Positions 24,434-32,000 of a stretch of 32,000 nt of DNA are shown here, piece by piece. The notes beneath the pieces are model-generated. The model did not search any database. It saw only the letters and a list, made by a program, of their open reading frames with translations, and was not told where the DNA came from. The stretch is from Staphylothermus marinus F1. Its GTDB lineage: Archaea; Thermoproteota; Thermoprotei_A; Sulfolobales; Desulfurococcaceae. Within the stretch, counting starts at the first letter, position 1; the number at the start of each line of letters is the position of its first letter. Made by a program: the position numbers and the translations under genes. The DNA is taken from NCBI RefSeq assembly GCF_000015945.1, contig NC_009033.1, positions 60,001-92,000 on the forward strand, given 5' to 3'.

Positions 24434-25503
24434 AATATTATTGTTTCTAATCTCTCCCCACTAGGTGCGAATACATGTAGTTTGTTTATTCTTATAGTTG
24501 CTAGATCTCCATGATCAATTTTTGCCTCCAATAAGACACGGATCGATATTCCGTTTCCAAGATCCATTTTTGCATATCGCCTAGAACCAACATATTCTAT
24601 AATTGCAACCTTGCCGACAAGATGCCCTTCATCACCTTGTTTGAGAGCTACTGCTTCATCAGGTCTTATACCAATATATAACTCATTATACTTGCCCTCG
24701 TATTTTTTGCTGAGTCCTAGTTGTTCCAGTATTCTATGGTTGACTGGTAGTTTATAGATATTCATTGGAGGATCACCTATGAAGTTAGCTATGAAGACGT
24801 TTGCAGGTTCATTATATAGTTCTTCTGGAGAACCCATTTGTTGCATTTCACCATTTCTAAGAACCATTACTCTATCACCCACAGCAAAGGCATCTGCTTG
24901 ATCATGTGTGACCAGAATCGTTGTTATTCCAAGTTTCTTCTGTATTTCTTTTACGAATTCTCTCGCCGTTACACGGATTCGTGCATCAAGATTGCTGAAT
25001 GGTTCATCTAGTAATAGTATATCTGGTTGTTTAACTAGTGCTCGAGCTACAGCTACTCTCTGTTGTTGCCCGCCAGACATGTGTCCAGGTTTACGATTTA
25101 ATAGATCAGCTATTCCTAGTGCTTCAGCTACTATTTTCACACGCTTATCTATTTCTTCACGTGGAACCTTCTTTATTTTGAGTGGAAAAGCTATGTTATC
25201 ATAAGCTGTCATGTGAGGATATAGTGCCCAGTTCTGGAAAACCATGCCGATATTTCTATCTCTTGGTTCAACAAATATTCCCTTCTCCGCGTCAACAACT
25301 GTTTTATCACCAATTACTACTCTCCCCTTAGTGGGAACTTCTAGTCCAGCAATTATTCTCAACAAAGTTGTTTTACCTGAACCAGAGGGCCCCAGGATGA
25401 CGAAGAATTCTCCTGGCTTTATCTCTACATTGATGTTTTTTAATGCCACCACGTTGGGCGGGAAAATTTTCCATAAATTCTCGATTTTCACGCCTTTAAC
25501 CAT
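24430..25503 (-). CDS. sugar ABC transporter ATPase (MalK/UgpC-like)
   Basis: 357 aa. Walker A GPSGSGKTT, signature MSGGQQQRVAVARA, Walker B LLLDEPFSNLD, H-loop VTHD and a C-terminal MalK-type regulatory domain. Confidence 0.9.
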   Translation of the reverse strand: MVKGVKIENLWKIFPPNVVALKNINVEIKPGEFFVILGPSGSGKTTLLRIIAGLEVPTKGRVVIGDKTVVDAEKGIFVEPRDRNIGMVFQNWALYPHMTAYDNIAFPLKIKKVPREEIDKRVKIVAEALGIADLLNRKPGHMSGGQQQRVAVARALVKQPDILLLDEPFSNLDARIRVTAREFVKEIQKKLGITTILVTHDQADAFAVGDRVMVLRNGEMQQMGSPEELYNEPANVFIANFIGDPPMNIYKLPVNHRILEQLGLSKKYEGKYNELYIGIRPDEAVALKQGDEGHLVGKVAIIEYVGSRRYAKMDLGNGISIRVLLEAKIDHGDLATIRINKLHVFAPSGERLETIIF

Positions 25504-25510
25504 GTATTGA

Positions 25511-26383
25511 TCACCTTTTCATAGCCCATCCTCTAAATCCTCTCATATAGTATTTATTGAAGAAAGCATATACTAGGAGAGGAATAATCATAGCAACTAT
25601 AGAGCCGGCTGAGAGAAGCCCCCAATCCACCTGGAACTGACCCTTCAATCTTGGAAGCATTTGTGTAACAACCATTTTATTAGGATCAAATATTAGCATT
25701 AAAGCGAAGAAGAAATCATTCCAAACCCACGCGAATTGCAGGACTGAGGCAGATATTATCCCAGGAAGAGATAATGGTAGAACTACTTTTGTGAAAACCT
25801 GGAAATCATTAGCTCCATCAACTCTTGCCGCCTCCTCTAATTCAACGGGTAATAATGAGAAATAATTTCTGAGGAAAAACGTGATCCATGGAATACCCCA
25901 TGATGAATGCACAAGTATTAATCCCAAATATGTGTTGAGTAAATGCATGTCTTTTAGTAGGAAAAATATTGGTATAATAGTCATTTGTTGCGGGACAGCC
26001 ATTAAAAACAATATTGTTGCAAATAAGTATTTCTTCATAGGTAAACTGAAACGAGCAAAAGCATAAGCTGTTAATGCAGCTACAAATACGGGTATGAGAG
26101 TGCTTGGTATTGCTATAATAAATGAATTAATTATTCCCTTAGATAATGAGAACATAGGATTAAATAAGACATCATAGTAGTTTTTCAATGTTGGATTAAA
26201 TGGTGATAAAGCCCACCAACCATACAATACCACTTCTCTAAACGGCCTTATGGAAGTCATGAATAATCCTATGAATGGTGTTATCCATAATATACCAATT
26301 ATCCATGCAACAATGTTTAGAATCAATAATTTAGTAGGCGAACCTATGAGACCCGCTCTTCTGAAACGAATTAGTTTATTCAC
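25511..26383 (-). CDS. sugar ABC transporter permease (MalG-like)
   Basis: 290 aa, 6 TM, with the EAA loop EEAARVDGANDFQVFTKVVLPLSLPG. Confidence 0.85.
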   Translation of the reverse strand: MNKLIRFRRAGLIGSPTKLLILNIVAWIIGILWITPFIGLFMTSIRPFREVVLYGWWALSPFNPTLKNYYDVLFNPMFSLSKGIINSFIIAIPSTLIPVFVAALTAYAFARFSLPMKKYLFATILFLMAVPQQMTIIPIFFLLKDMHLLNTYLGLILVHSSWGIPWITFFLRNYFSLLPVELEEAARVDGANDFQVFTKVVLPLSLPGIISASVLQFAWVWNDFFFALMLIFDPNKMVVTQMLPRLKGQFQVDWGLLSAGSIVAMIIPLLVYAFFNKYYMRGFRGWAMKR

Positions 26384-27297
26384 TTTCTCTCACCATGTAG
26401 AGTGGCTTTGATCCATAATACAACCACTGGGATTATTATGATCGTTAATATTGTAGCTACCGTAGCTGACATTGCATAGTCTCCTAGACGAGCAAAATAC
26501 TCATACATCAAAAGTGCTAGGACTGTAGATGCTCCTCCCGGCCCACCCTGTGTAGCTGCATATACTATATCAAAGATCTTGAGATCCCATAGAATAGTCA
26601 TGGCTACAACAGTTAAGGTTACAGGTTTAAGCAAGGGAATAATCACTTTAAACAGTATTGTTTTGAAATCAGCTCCATCAACAATTGCTGCTTCAATAAC
26701 TTCTCTTGGAATAGAGGATAGACCAGCTGAATACATTGTTACAGTGAAGCCGCTCCATAACCAGACGGAGCCCAGTATTAGTGAGAACAACGCTGTATCG
26801 GGATATATTGTCCAGGTTTTAACAAATGAGCCTAAACCTACTGCTTTGAGCAGAATATTTACAACTCCTAAATCTTTATCAAAGCTAAACGAAATAAGTA
26901 GGCCTCCAACGATCATGGGTATAACCATTCCTATAAAAATAAACGATCTTATTATGCTTCCGCCCTTAACATATTGGAGATAAACAGCAAATAAAATACC
27001 TATAATAAGTGTTAAAGGCAAATGTATTGCTAACCATATAATATTGTGCACTATTGCACCCATGGGAAACGTATGTGTTTTTATTCCTTCTAAATTAATG
27101 AACCGCTCATCCGTTACAACTTTATAGTAATTATATAGACTAGGAGGCTTATTAGTTATATCTACTCCGGGAACAACATTTATGTTAAAGCTAATCATTA
27201 TGGTTGCAAAAATGGGATAAACAACAAATATAAGGATGAGGATGAGGGCTGGTATTAAAAAAGATGATCGGATTGGATTTAGTCTATACATGCTCAT
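26380..27297 (-). CDS. sugar ABC transporter permease (MalF-like)
   Basis: 305 aa with the EAA loop IEAAIVDGADFKTILFKVIIPLLKP. There is a 4-nt overlap with the downstream permease. Confidence 0.85.
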   Translation of the reverse strand: MSMYRLNPIRSSFLIPALILILIFVVYPIFATIMISFNINVVPGVDITNKPPSLYNYYKVVTDERFINLEGIKTHTFPMGAIVHNIIWLAIHLPLTLIIGILFAVYLQYVKGGSIIRSFIFIGMVIPMIVGGLLISFSFDKDLGVVNILLKAVGLGSFVKTWTIYPDTALFSLILGSVWLWSGFTVTMYSAGLSSIPREVIEAAIVDGADFKTILFKVIIPLLKPVTLTVVAMTILWDLKIFDIVYAATQGGPGGASTVLALLMYEYFARLGDYAMSATVATILTIIIIPVVVLWIKATLHGERK

Positions 27298-27322
27298 TTT
27301 ATCTATATTCCCTCCAACTCTA

Positions 27323-28594
27323 CTATTTGCTTGGGAAATTCACTGTTAATGTATTTAATACATCGTCTAGCTTGTCCGGATCCACCCATAATAGTTTAAG
27401 CTGGTCCCAGAATAGTTTCTGCCATTCTCCACCAATGCTATCATCTAAGTCTGGTAGAGGAGTCATTGTTTTTATTTTCTGGTAAACCATCCGCATTGGC
27501 GCCCAATGATCCTTTATACTAACTTTAAGCCATGTAGCGAATTTACCTGCATGTGTTCCTACATGAACCCTTTGTCCCTCAGTGGCTAGCCATTTAGCTA
27601 GTAATTTGGCTTCTTGTGGATGTTTAGTGAACTTTGGCACGAACAAATAATCTGTGCCCATAACTACTCCTTTACATCCTGGTAATGGGAAGAACCCCAG
27701 ATCATTAGGGTCATCAACCATTCCAGTTATCCATGTTCCCATAAAGTATAATGCATATTTACCGCTCCACCATTCCTCAACAGCTTTTGTCCACTCGATA
27801 GGTGGGCTGAAATAACCTTTTTTGATAAGAGGTATTATATAGTTTTGAAAGATCTGTTTAACCCGCGGATCGTTAAACTTTATTTCTCCTTTTATTAGCT
27901 TCAATTGCATATCTGGCCCGCCAAATGTAATAATAAAGTGTTCTACAACATCGCTTATTGGCCATCCAACACTATCTCCTGTAACTATTGGTGCTTTAAT
28001 ACCGGGTATTTGTTTGATTTTGTCTAGTAATTGTAGGAATTCATCCCATGTCTTAGGTACGGATAAGTTGTGTTGTTGGAAGAATGATTTACGGTACCAG
28101 AATCCTGGTTTAGCCCATGCAGTAAACGGTAATCCATATATTTTATTGCCTGATTTGACGGGATCAAATATTCCTTTTATATATTCATCTGGATTAACAA
28201 GGCCGCTGAGATCCATTAAATATCCTTTGTCACCATACTCCTTTATCCACCAACCCCACATAAATATTACGTCTCCAGGCGCCATACCAGCTTCGAACTG
28301 TGGCGGTAAAATACTTGCTAAATCCTCAGCACGATATATACGATACTCTACCCTTATGTTTGGATACTCCTCCATAAACTTGTTTAATACCTGTTGAAAT
28401 GCTTTCATCTCTGCACCTGCCCATGGACCTATTACTGTAAGTGTTACTTTCTCTGTTGGTGTTTGTGTTGTTGTAGTTGGAGATGGTTGCTGCGGACTTA
28501 TGGTAAAATATCCTATACCATATCCGATCAATATTCCTACAATAAGTGAGATCGCTACTGCAACAAGTAATTTAGATGATGCGGTCGTACTCAT
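27323..28594 (-). CDS. sugar ABC transporter substrate-binding protein (family 1, MalE-like), membrane-anchored
   Basis: 423 aa. An N-terminal TM helix is followed by the Thr/Pro-rich linker QQPSPTTTTQTPTEK, typical of archaeal binding proteins. It is first in the minus-strand SBP-permease-permease-ATPase run. Confidence 0.85.
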   Translation of the reverse strand: MSTTASSKLLVAVAISLIVGILIGYGIGYFTISPQQPSPTTTTQTPTEKVTLTVIGPWAGAEMKAFQQVLNKFMEEYPNIRVEYRIYRAEDLASILPPQFEAGMAPGDVIFMWGWWIKEYGDKGYLMDLSGLVNPDEYIKGIFDPVKSGNKIYGLPFTAWAKPGFWYRKSFFQQHNLSVPKTWDEFLQLLDKIKQIPGIKAPIVTGDSVGWPISDVVEHFIITFGGPDMQLKLIKGEIKFNDPRVKQIFQNYIIPLIKKGYFSPPIEWTKAVEEWWSGKYALYFMGTWITGMVDDPNDLGFFPLPGCKGVVMGTDYLFVPKFTKHPQEAKLLAKWLATEGQRVHVGTHAGKFATWLKVSIKDHWAPMRMVYQKIKTMTPLPDLDDSIGGEWQKLFWDQLKLLWVDPDKLDDVLNTLTVNFPSK

Positions 28595-28807
28595 AATATT
28601 ACCCTGGAGGATTATTTATCACTATTAAGTATATAATTTCCCCCAAATATATAAGCTTATTCATTCCACTAACCTCCCACAAACAAGCAAACAGAATTTT
28701 AAAATATAATAAAAATAAGTGAGGACTATACTAGGCTCATATGTACTTAAAGATACACATATGAAGTAGCATGTTAAAGAAAAAACAAATGCTTTGTAAT
28801 ACTTCGT

Positions 28808-29800
28808 TTAATGTTTAAAGAACGGTTTAAAAGGGATAATGTCGGTCATTAAAAGTAATCCCGGTGATAGATCATTTATTATGTTTGCAATATTTAGAAC
28901 AACAGCTACTGTTCCTTGGTCTCCGGGTGTTCCCGTGCTTCTCCATCTTACTTCGTAATCTGTTCCTATAACCATGATTTCTTCATATTCTTTTGCTCCA
29001 AGATAAGCATGAAACTCTAACCGTATTATTTCTTTTCTATTCTTATATCCAGTACCATATCCCTTTATACCTATTACTTCTCCTTTCCTAACTTTAAATT
29101 CTCCAATAATCATATCTTTATCAGCTATTATAGGCTCTTGTCTTTCCTCTACTTTATCCAAATGAATCCCGGCAGCATCTGCTATTAAATAAACTGATTC
29201 TGCATATCCTACATGACCTGTTAGTTTTCCTTCTCTCAGAGCTTTCATATATTCTTCAGGATCCATTCCTATACCTATCTTTTCGACAAAGCTTTTCCTC
29301 CTCTTCGAAGCATCTAGGCTTCGCTTCGCTACTATTTTCTCTACAATATTGAATGGTGCTGTAAGCACTATTGGCAGCGTGTCCAGAAGGAATCCTGGAT
29401 TAATACCTGTTCCTAAAACTGTTACTCCATAGCGTAATGCTTCTTCATTAAGCTTCCTAGCTAATACTGGGTAACGATAATATGGGTATGAGAGTGTTTC
29501 ACATGTTGAAACAGTATCTATTCCAAGCCTTACCAAACTAAGAATCTGGTCATATACTTTATCAAGATAACTACTTGTAGCATGAACAACTACGTCAGCA
29601 TCAATTAATTCCTCAACATCTCTACTCACAACTACACCATATTTCTCCTCAAAACCCAGAATTTCACCTATATCCTTACCAATGATTTTTTCATCAATAT
29701 CAATTGCTCCTACAATTTCCCATCCACGCTTAACAGCTTCGCGTGCTACGAGACGCCCAATAGAGCCAAAACCATATATTCCGATCCTCATCAATATCAC
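28808..29800 (-). CDS. DapB-fold NAD(P)-dependent dehydrogenase (2,4-diaminopentanoate / amine dehydrogenase-like family)
   Basis: The Rossmann N-terminus is MRIGIYGFGSIGRLVA, so the likely true start is Met 29791. LGTGINPGFLLD and the overall length of about 330 aa fit the DapB-like amine dehydrogenase group. The substrate is unknown. Confidence 0.55.
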   Translation of the reverse strand: MILMRIGIYGFGSIGRLVAREAVKRGWEIVGAIDIDEKIIGKDIGEILGFEEKYGVVVSRDVEELIDADVVVHATSSYLDKVYDQILSLVRLGIDTVSTCETLSYPYYRYPVLARKLNEEALRYGVTVLGTGINPGFLLDTLPIVLTAPFNIVEKIVAKRSLDASKRRKSFVEKIGIGMDPEEYMKALREGKLTGHVGYAESVYLIADAAGIHLDKVEERQEPIIADKDMIIGEFKVRKGEVIGIKGYGTGYKNRKEIIRLEFHAYLGAKEYEEIMVIGTDYEVRWRSTGTPGDQGTVAVVLNIANIINDLSPGLLLMTDIIPFKPFFKH

Positions 29801-30032
29801 CTGTAATAGTTATGTTTAAAACAAAATAAAAATAGTTGAAAATTACCAATAGTACTACCGAGATTTAAGTAACAAAAGACTCATAATTATCCCTAAGAAA
29901 AACTAGCATTCTCTATCCCATATAAGAGCTGAAAAACGTTGACAATTACTTATTATTTCCATATATGGATTAAATGGTTCATTAATATCATAGTCAAGTT
30001 ATTATATAGATGTCTTCGTGATGAAACATTTT

Positions 30033-30500
30033 CTACCCTTTATTTAGGCATTTAGCTTTATCTAACGCTGCAACAACATGTCTTTCAAGAACTTCTGGTG
30101 TGATGTATCCATATAGTTGATTGATTTGTTTTCCATTGACAAATAATATTGTCGTCGGTGTCCCCAAAATTTCCATTCTCCATGCGATTTCTGGGTTATA
30201 ATCTATATTCAACCTGTAGAAACCTGCTCTTCCACTGTATTTTGAGGCCACATATTCGAAAACAGGGTGGTAAGCCCTACAATACGGACAATTAGTCGAG
30301 TAAAAGTTTACTACTGTAACCTTACAGTTTTTTATGGCGCTTATTAATTCTTCATAATCATTCAGCTCTAATACTCCTCGAAAGATCTTTGAACAACAAG
30401 TATATGTTATTCTTCTAGAAATTATCCGGTGAGCGATCTTCTCTAGTATAGGTGCGAGTTCTTCATCATACCCCATTAATGTACTGATCATATTTAACAC
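30033..30500 (-). CDS. thioredoxin-fold protein with CPYC active site
   Basis: 155 aa. VVNFYSTNCPYCRAYHPVF and a later ILGTPT (cis-Pro loop) are typical of thioredoxins. There is an N-terminal extension of about 50 aa. Confidence 0.7.
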   Translation of the reverse strand: MLNMISTLMGYDEELAPILEKIAHRIISRRITYTCCSKIFRGVLELNDYEELISAIKNCKVTVVNFYSTNCPYCRAYHPVFEYVASKYSGRAGFYRLNIDYNPEIAWRMEILGTPTTILFVNGKQINQLYGYITPEVLERHVVAALDKAKCLNKG

Positions 30501-30587
30501 CTTTTAACCAAGGTTTTTAAATCGGCTATTTGTTTTTATTATGTCTCGTAGTCAATATATTTCCATAACAAATAGGATATTTTATAG

Positions 30588-31868
30588 GTGTGGTATATGT
30601 TCGTTAAGGAACTTAAATGTAGTAAGTGTGGAAGAACATATAGTTTAAAGGAGAAGCCAGTGATGTGTATAAATAAGGATCTAGGGAGACTCGATATATT
30701 CTATGACTATGAAGCAATAAAGAATGCTGTCAAACCGGAGGATCTAGCGAAAAGAGAATTCTACATGTGGAGATATAAGGAGTTCTTGCCGGTACCTGAT
30801 GAGAAATATATTGTTAGCATAGGCGAGGGTGGAACGCCTCTAATAAAAGCTAATAGACTAGCCGAGAAGCTTGGGTTAAAGAATTTATATTTGAAAGATG
30901 AAACACGCAACCCTACTGGTAGCTTCAAGGATAGATGCATGAGTGTTTCGGTATCTATGGCTAAGTATTTCGGGTTTAAGAGAGCGGTGGTGGCTAGTAG
31001 TGGTAACGCTGCAGCTGCGTTGGCTGCTTATGGTGCTAGAGCAGGTATTGAAGTATATGCTTTTGTCCCTGACTTCGCAGGATACGGTAAGATCGCTCAA
31101 TTATTGTTCTATGGTGCAAAAGTTTTCAGAGTTAGATGGGTTGAAGCAGAGGATCCAACTGTTAAAATGATGAGGTTATTAGCGGAGAAATATGGTTTCT
31201 ATCCATCACCGAGTTTCGGACCATTTAATCCATACCAGATTGAAGGCCCGAAAACTATAGCTATGGAGATCGTTGAGCAACTTGGATGGGATGTTCCTGA
31301 CCAAGTATTCGTACCAACAGGTGCTGCAAGCTTGTTGACAGGGGTCTATAATGGTTTTCGTGATTGGAACAATGTTGGATGGATAAATAAGTATCCGAGA
31401 ATGGTTGCTGTACAGCCTGAGGGTAATCATCCATTTGTTAGAGCATGGATGGAAAAAGCAGACCCCAATAAGATAAAGCCTTGGGAGAAGCCTCCAGAAA
31501 CAATTGCTACAGGTCTCGAAGACACTTTTCCATGGGATGGAGATGCAGGGCTAAGAGCACTATATAATACTAATGGTTACGGAGTAGTAGTCAGTGATGA
31601 AGAAATACTGGAGGCTATGAAGCTTTTAGCCAGCTTAGAAGGATTGTTCGCTGAACCCAGTGGTGCAGCAGGTCTTGCAGGATTAATTAAAGCATTAGAG
31701 GATGGAAAAGTAGATAGAGATGAAACAATAGTTGTGCTTGTAACAGGTCATGGCCTAAAGGATCCAGATATTGTTAAGAAGACGGCTGGAGATGCACCAA
31801 CTATAAATCCCGACCCTCAAGAATTCTTCGCTAAAGCTAAAGAGTTCTACAAAGTTGATTTCAACTAG
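30588..31868 (+). CDS. thrC: threonine synthase
   Basis: 426 aa. N-terminal CSKCG zinc-ribbon-like motif, PLP-lysine motif PTGSFKDR, SSGNAAAALAAY and the C-terminal TGHGLKD. Confidence 0.85.
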   Translation: MWYMFVKELKCSKCGRTYSLKEKPVMCINKDLGRLDIFYDYEAIKNAVKPEDLAKREFYMWRYKEFLPVPDEKYIVSIGEGGTPLIKANRLAEKLGLKNLYLKDETRNPTGSFKDRCMSVSVSMAKYFGFKRAVVASSGNAAAALAAYGARAGIEVYAFVPDFAGYGKIAQLLFYGAKVFRVRWVEAEDPTVKMMRLLAEKYGFYPSPSFGPFNPYQIEGPKTIAMEIVEQLGWDVPDQVFVPTGAASLLTGVYNGFRDWNNVGWINKYPRMVAVQPEGNHPFVRAWMEKADPNKIKPWEKPPETIATGLEDTFPWDGDAGLRALYNTNGYGVVVSDEEILEAMKLLASLEGLFAEPSGAAGLAGLIKALEDGKVDRDETIVVLVTGHGLKDPDIVKKTAGDAPTINPDPQEFFAKAKEFYKVDFN

Positions 31869-32000
31869 TTTTTCTCCTCCTTATCTATTTTTACTAGAAT
31901 TAGATACTGAACACTTAGTAAGAAAATAATTGTTCTATAATTGTATCAATATCTTTTACATATATGATTCTCGTTCTTCTATAATTGTTTCTAGCAGTAT

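Noticed and set aside
28617-28634. TrmB-operator-like sequence upstream of the sugar-binding-protein gene (minus strand TACTTAATAGTG, resembling TACT-N3-AGTA).
   Set aside because: The spacer is 4 nt and not symmetric, the second arm is imperfect, and such AT-rich near-palindromes are common in this DNA. It is not supportable without binding data.
1-32000. A search for tRNA, rRNA, CRISPR repeats and C/D-box sRNAs in intergenic regions (2218-2430, 3120-3199, 4437-4691, 17008-17132, 21934-22045, 28595-28807, 29801-30032, 31869-32000).
   Set aside because: These spacers are uniformly AT-rich. They have no GC-rich cloverleaf-sized islands, no regularly spaced direct repeats and no convincing C (RUGAUGA) / D (CUGA) box pairs. 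The only GC-rich non-coding islands are the mobile-element modules reported above.

Overview
This is an AT-rich archaeal chromosomal segment. Gene content and TATA-type, mostly leaderless promoter geometry suggest a crenarchaeote-like thermophile, but no taxon can be assigned without a search. Both strands are densely coding. Genes in order: the 3' part of ileS, a VapBC pair, cdd, and a NitT/TauT-type ABC binding protein plus permease with no ATPase gene. Next comes a translationally coupled mre11-nurA-herA-rad50 block in non-canonical order, followed by an HSDR_N/PD-(D/E)xK-like gene. Then DUF763, a HAD hydrolase, a CPA2 antiporter, gapN, a treT / split trmB / malEFGK-like sugar ABC cluster, a DapB-fold dehydrogenase, a thioredoxin-like protein and thrC. 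The most unusual content is a mobile-element family. One full tnpB-only IS (about 18557-19917) has split a small gene. Three tnpB-less miniature derivatives lie at 4209-4416, 6710-6901 and 21697-21933. All four copies keep a stem-rich module of roughly 70% G+C from the tnpB 3' end and right end, which is a candidate guide-RNA (omega/reRNA) scaffold. Two miniature copies carry their own TATA box, and one ends 7 nt from the gapN start codon. I saw no rRNA, tRNA or CRISPR array. All calls rest on by-eye motif recognition and hand alignment; no database search or folding program was available.
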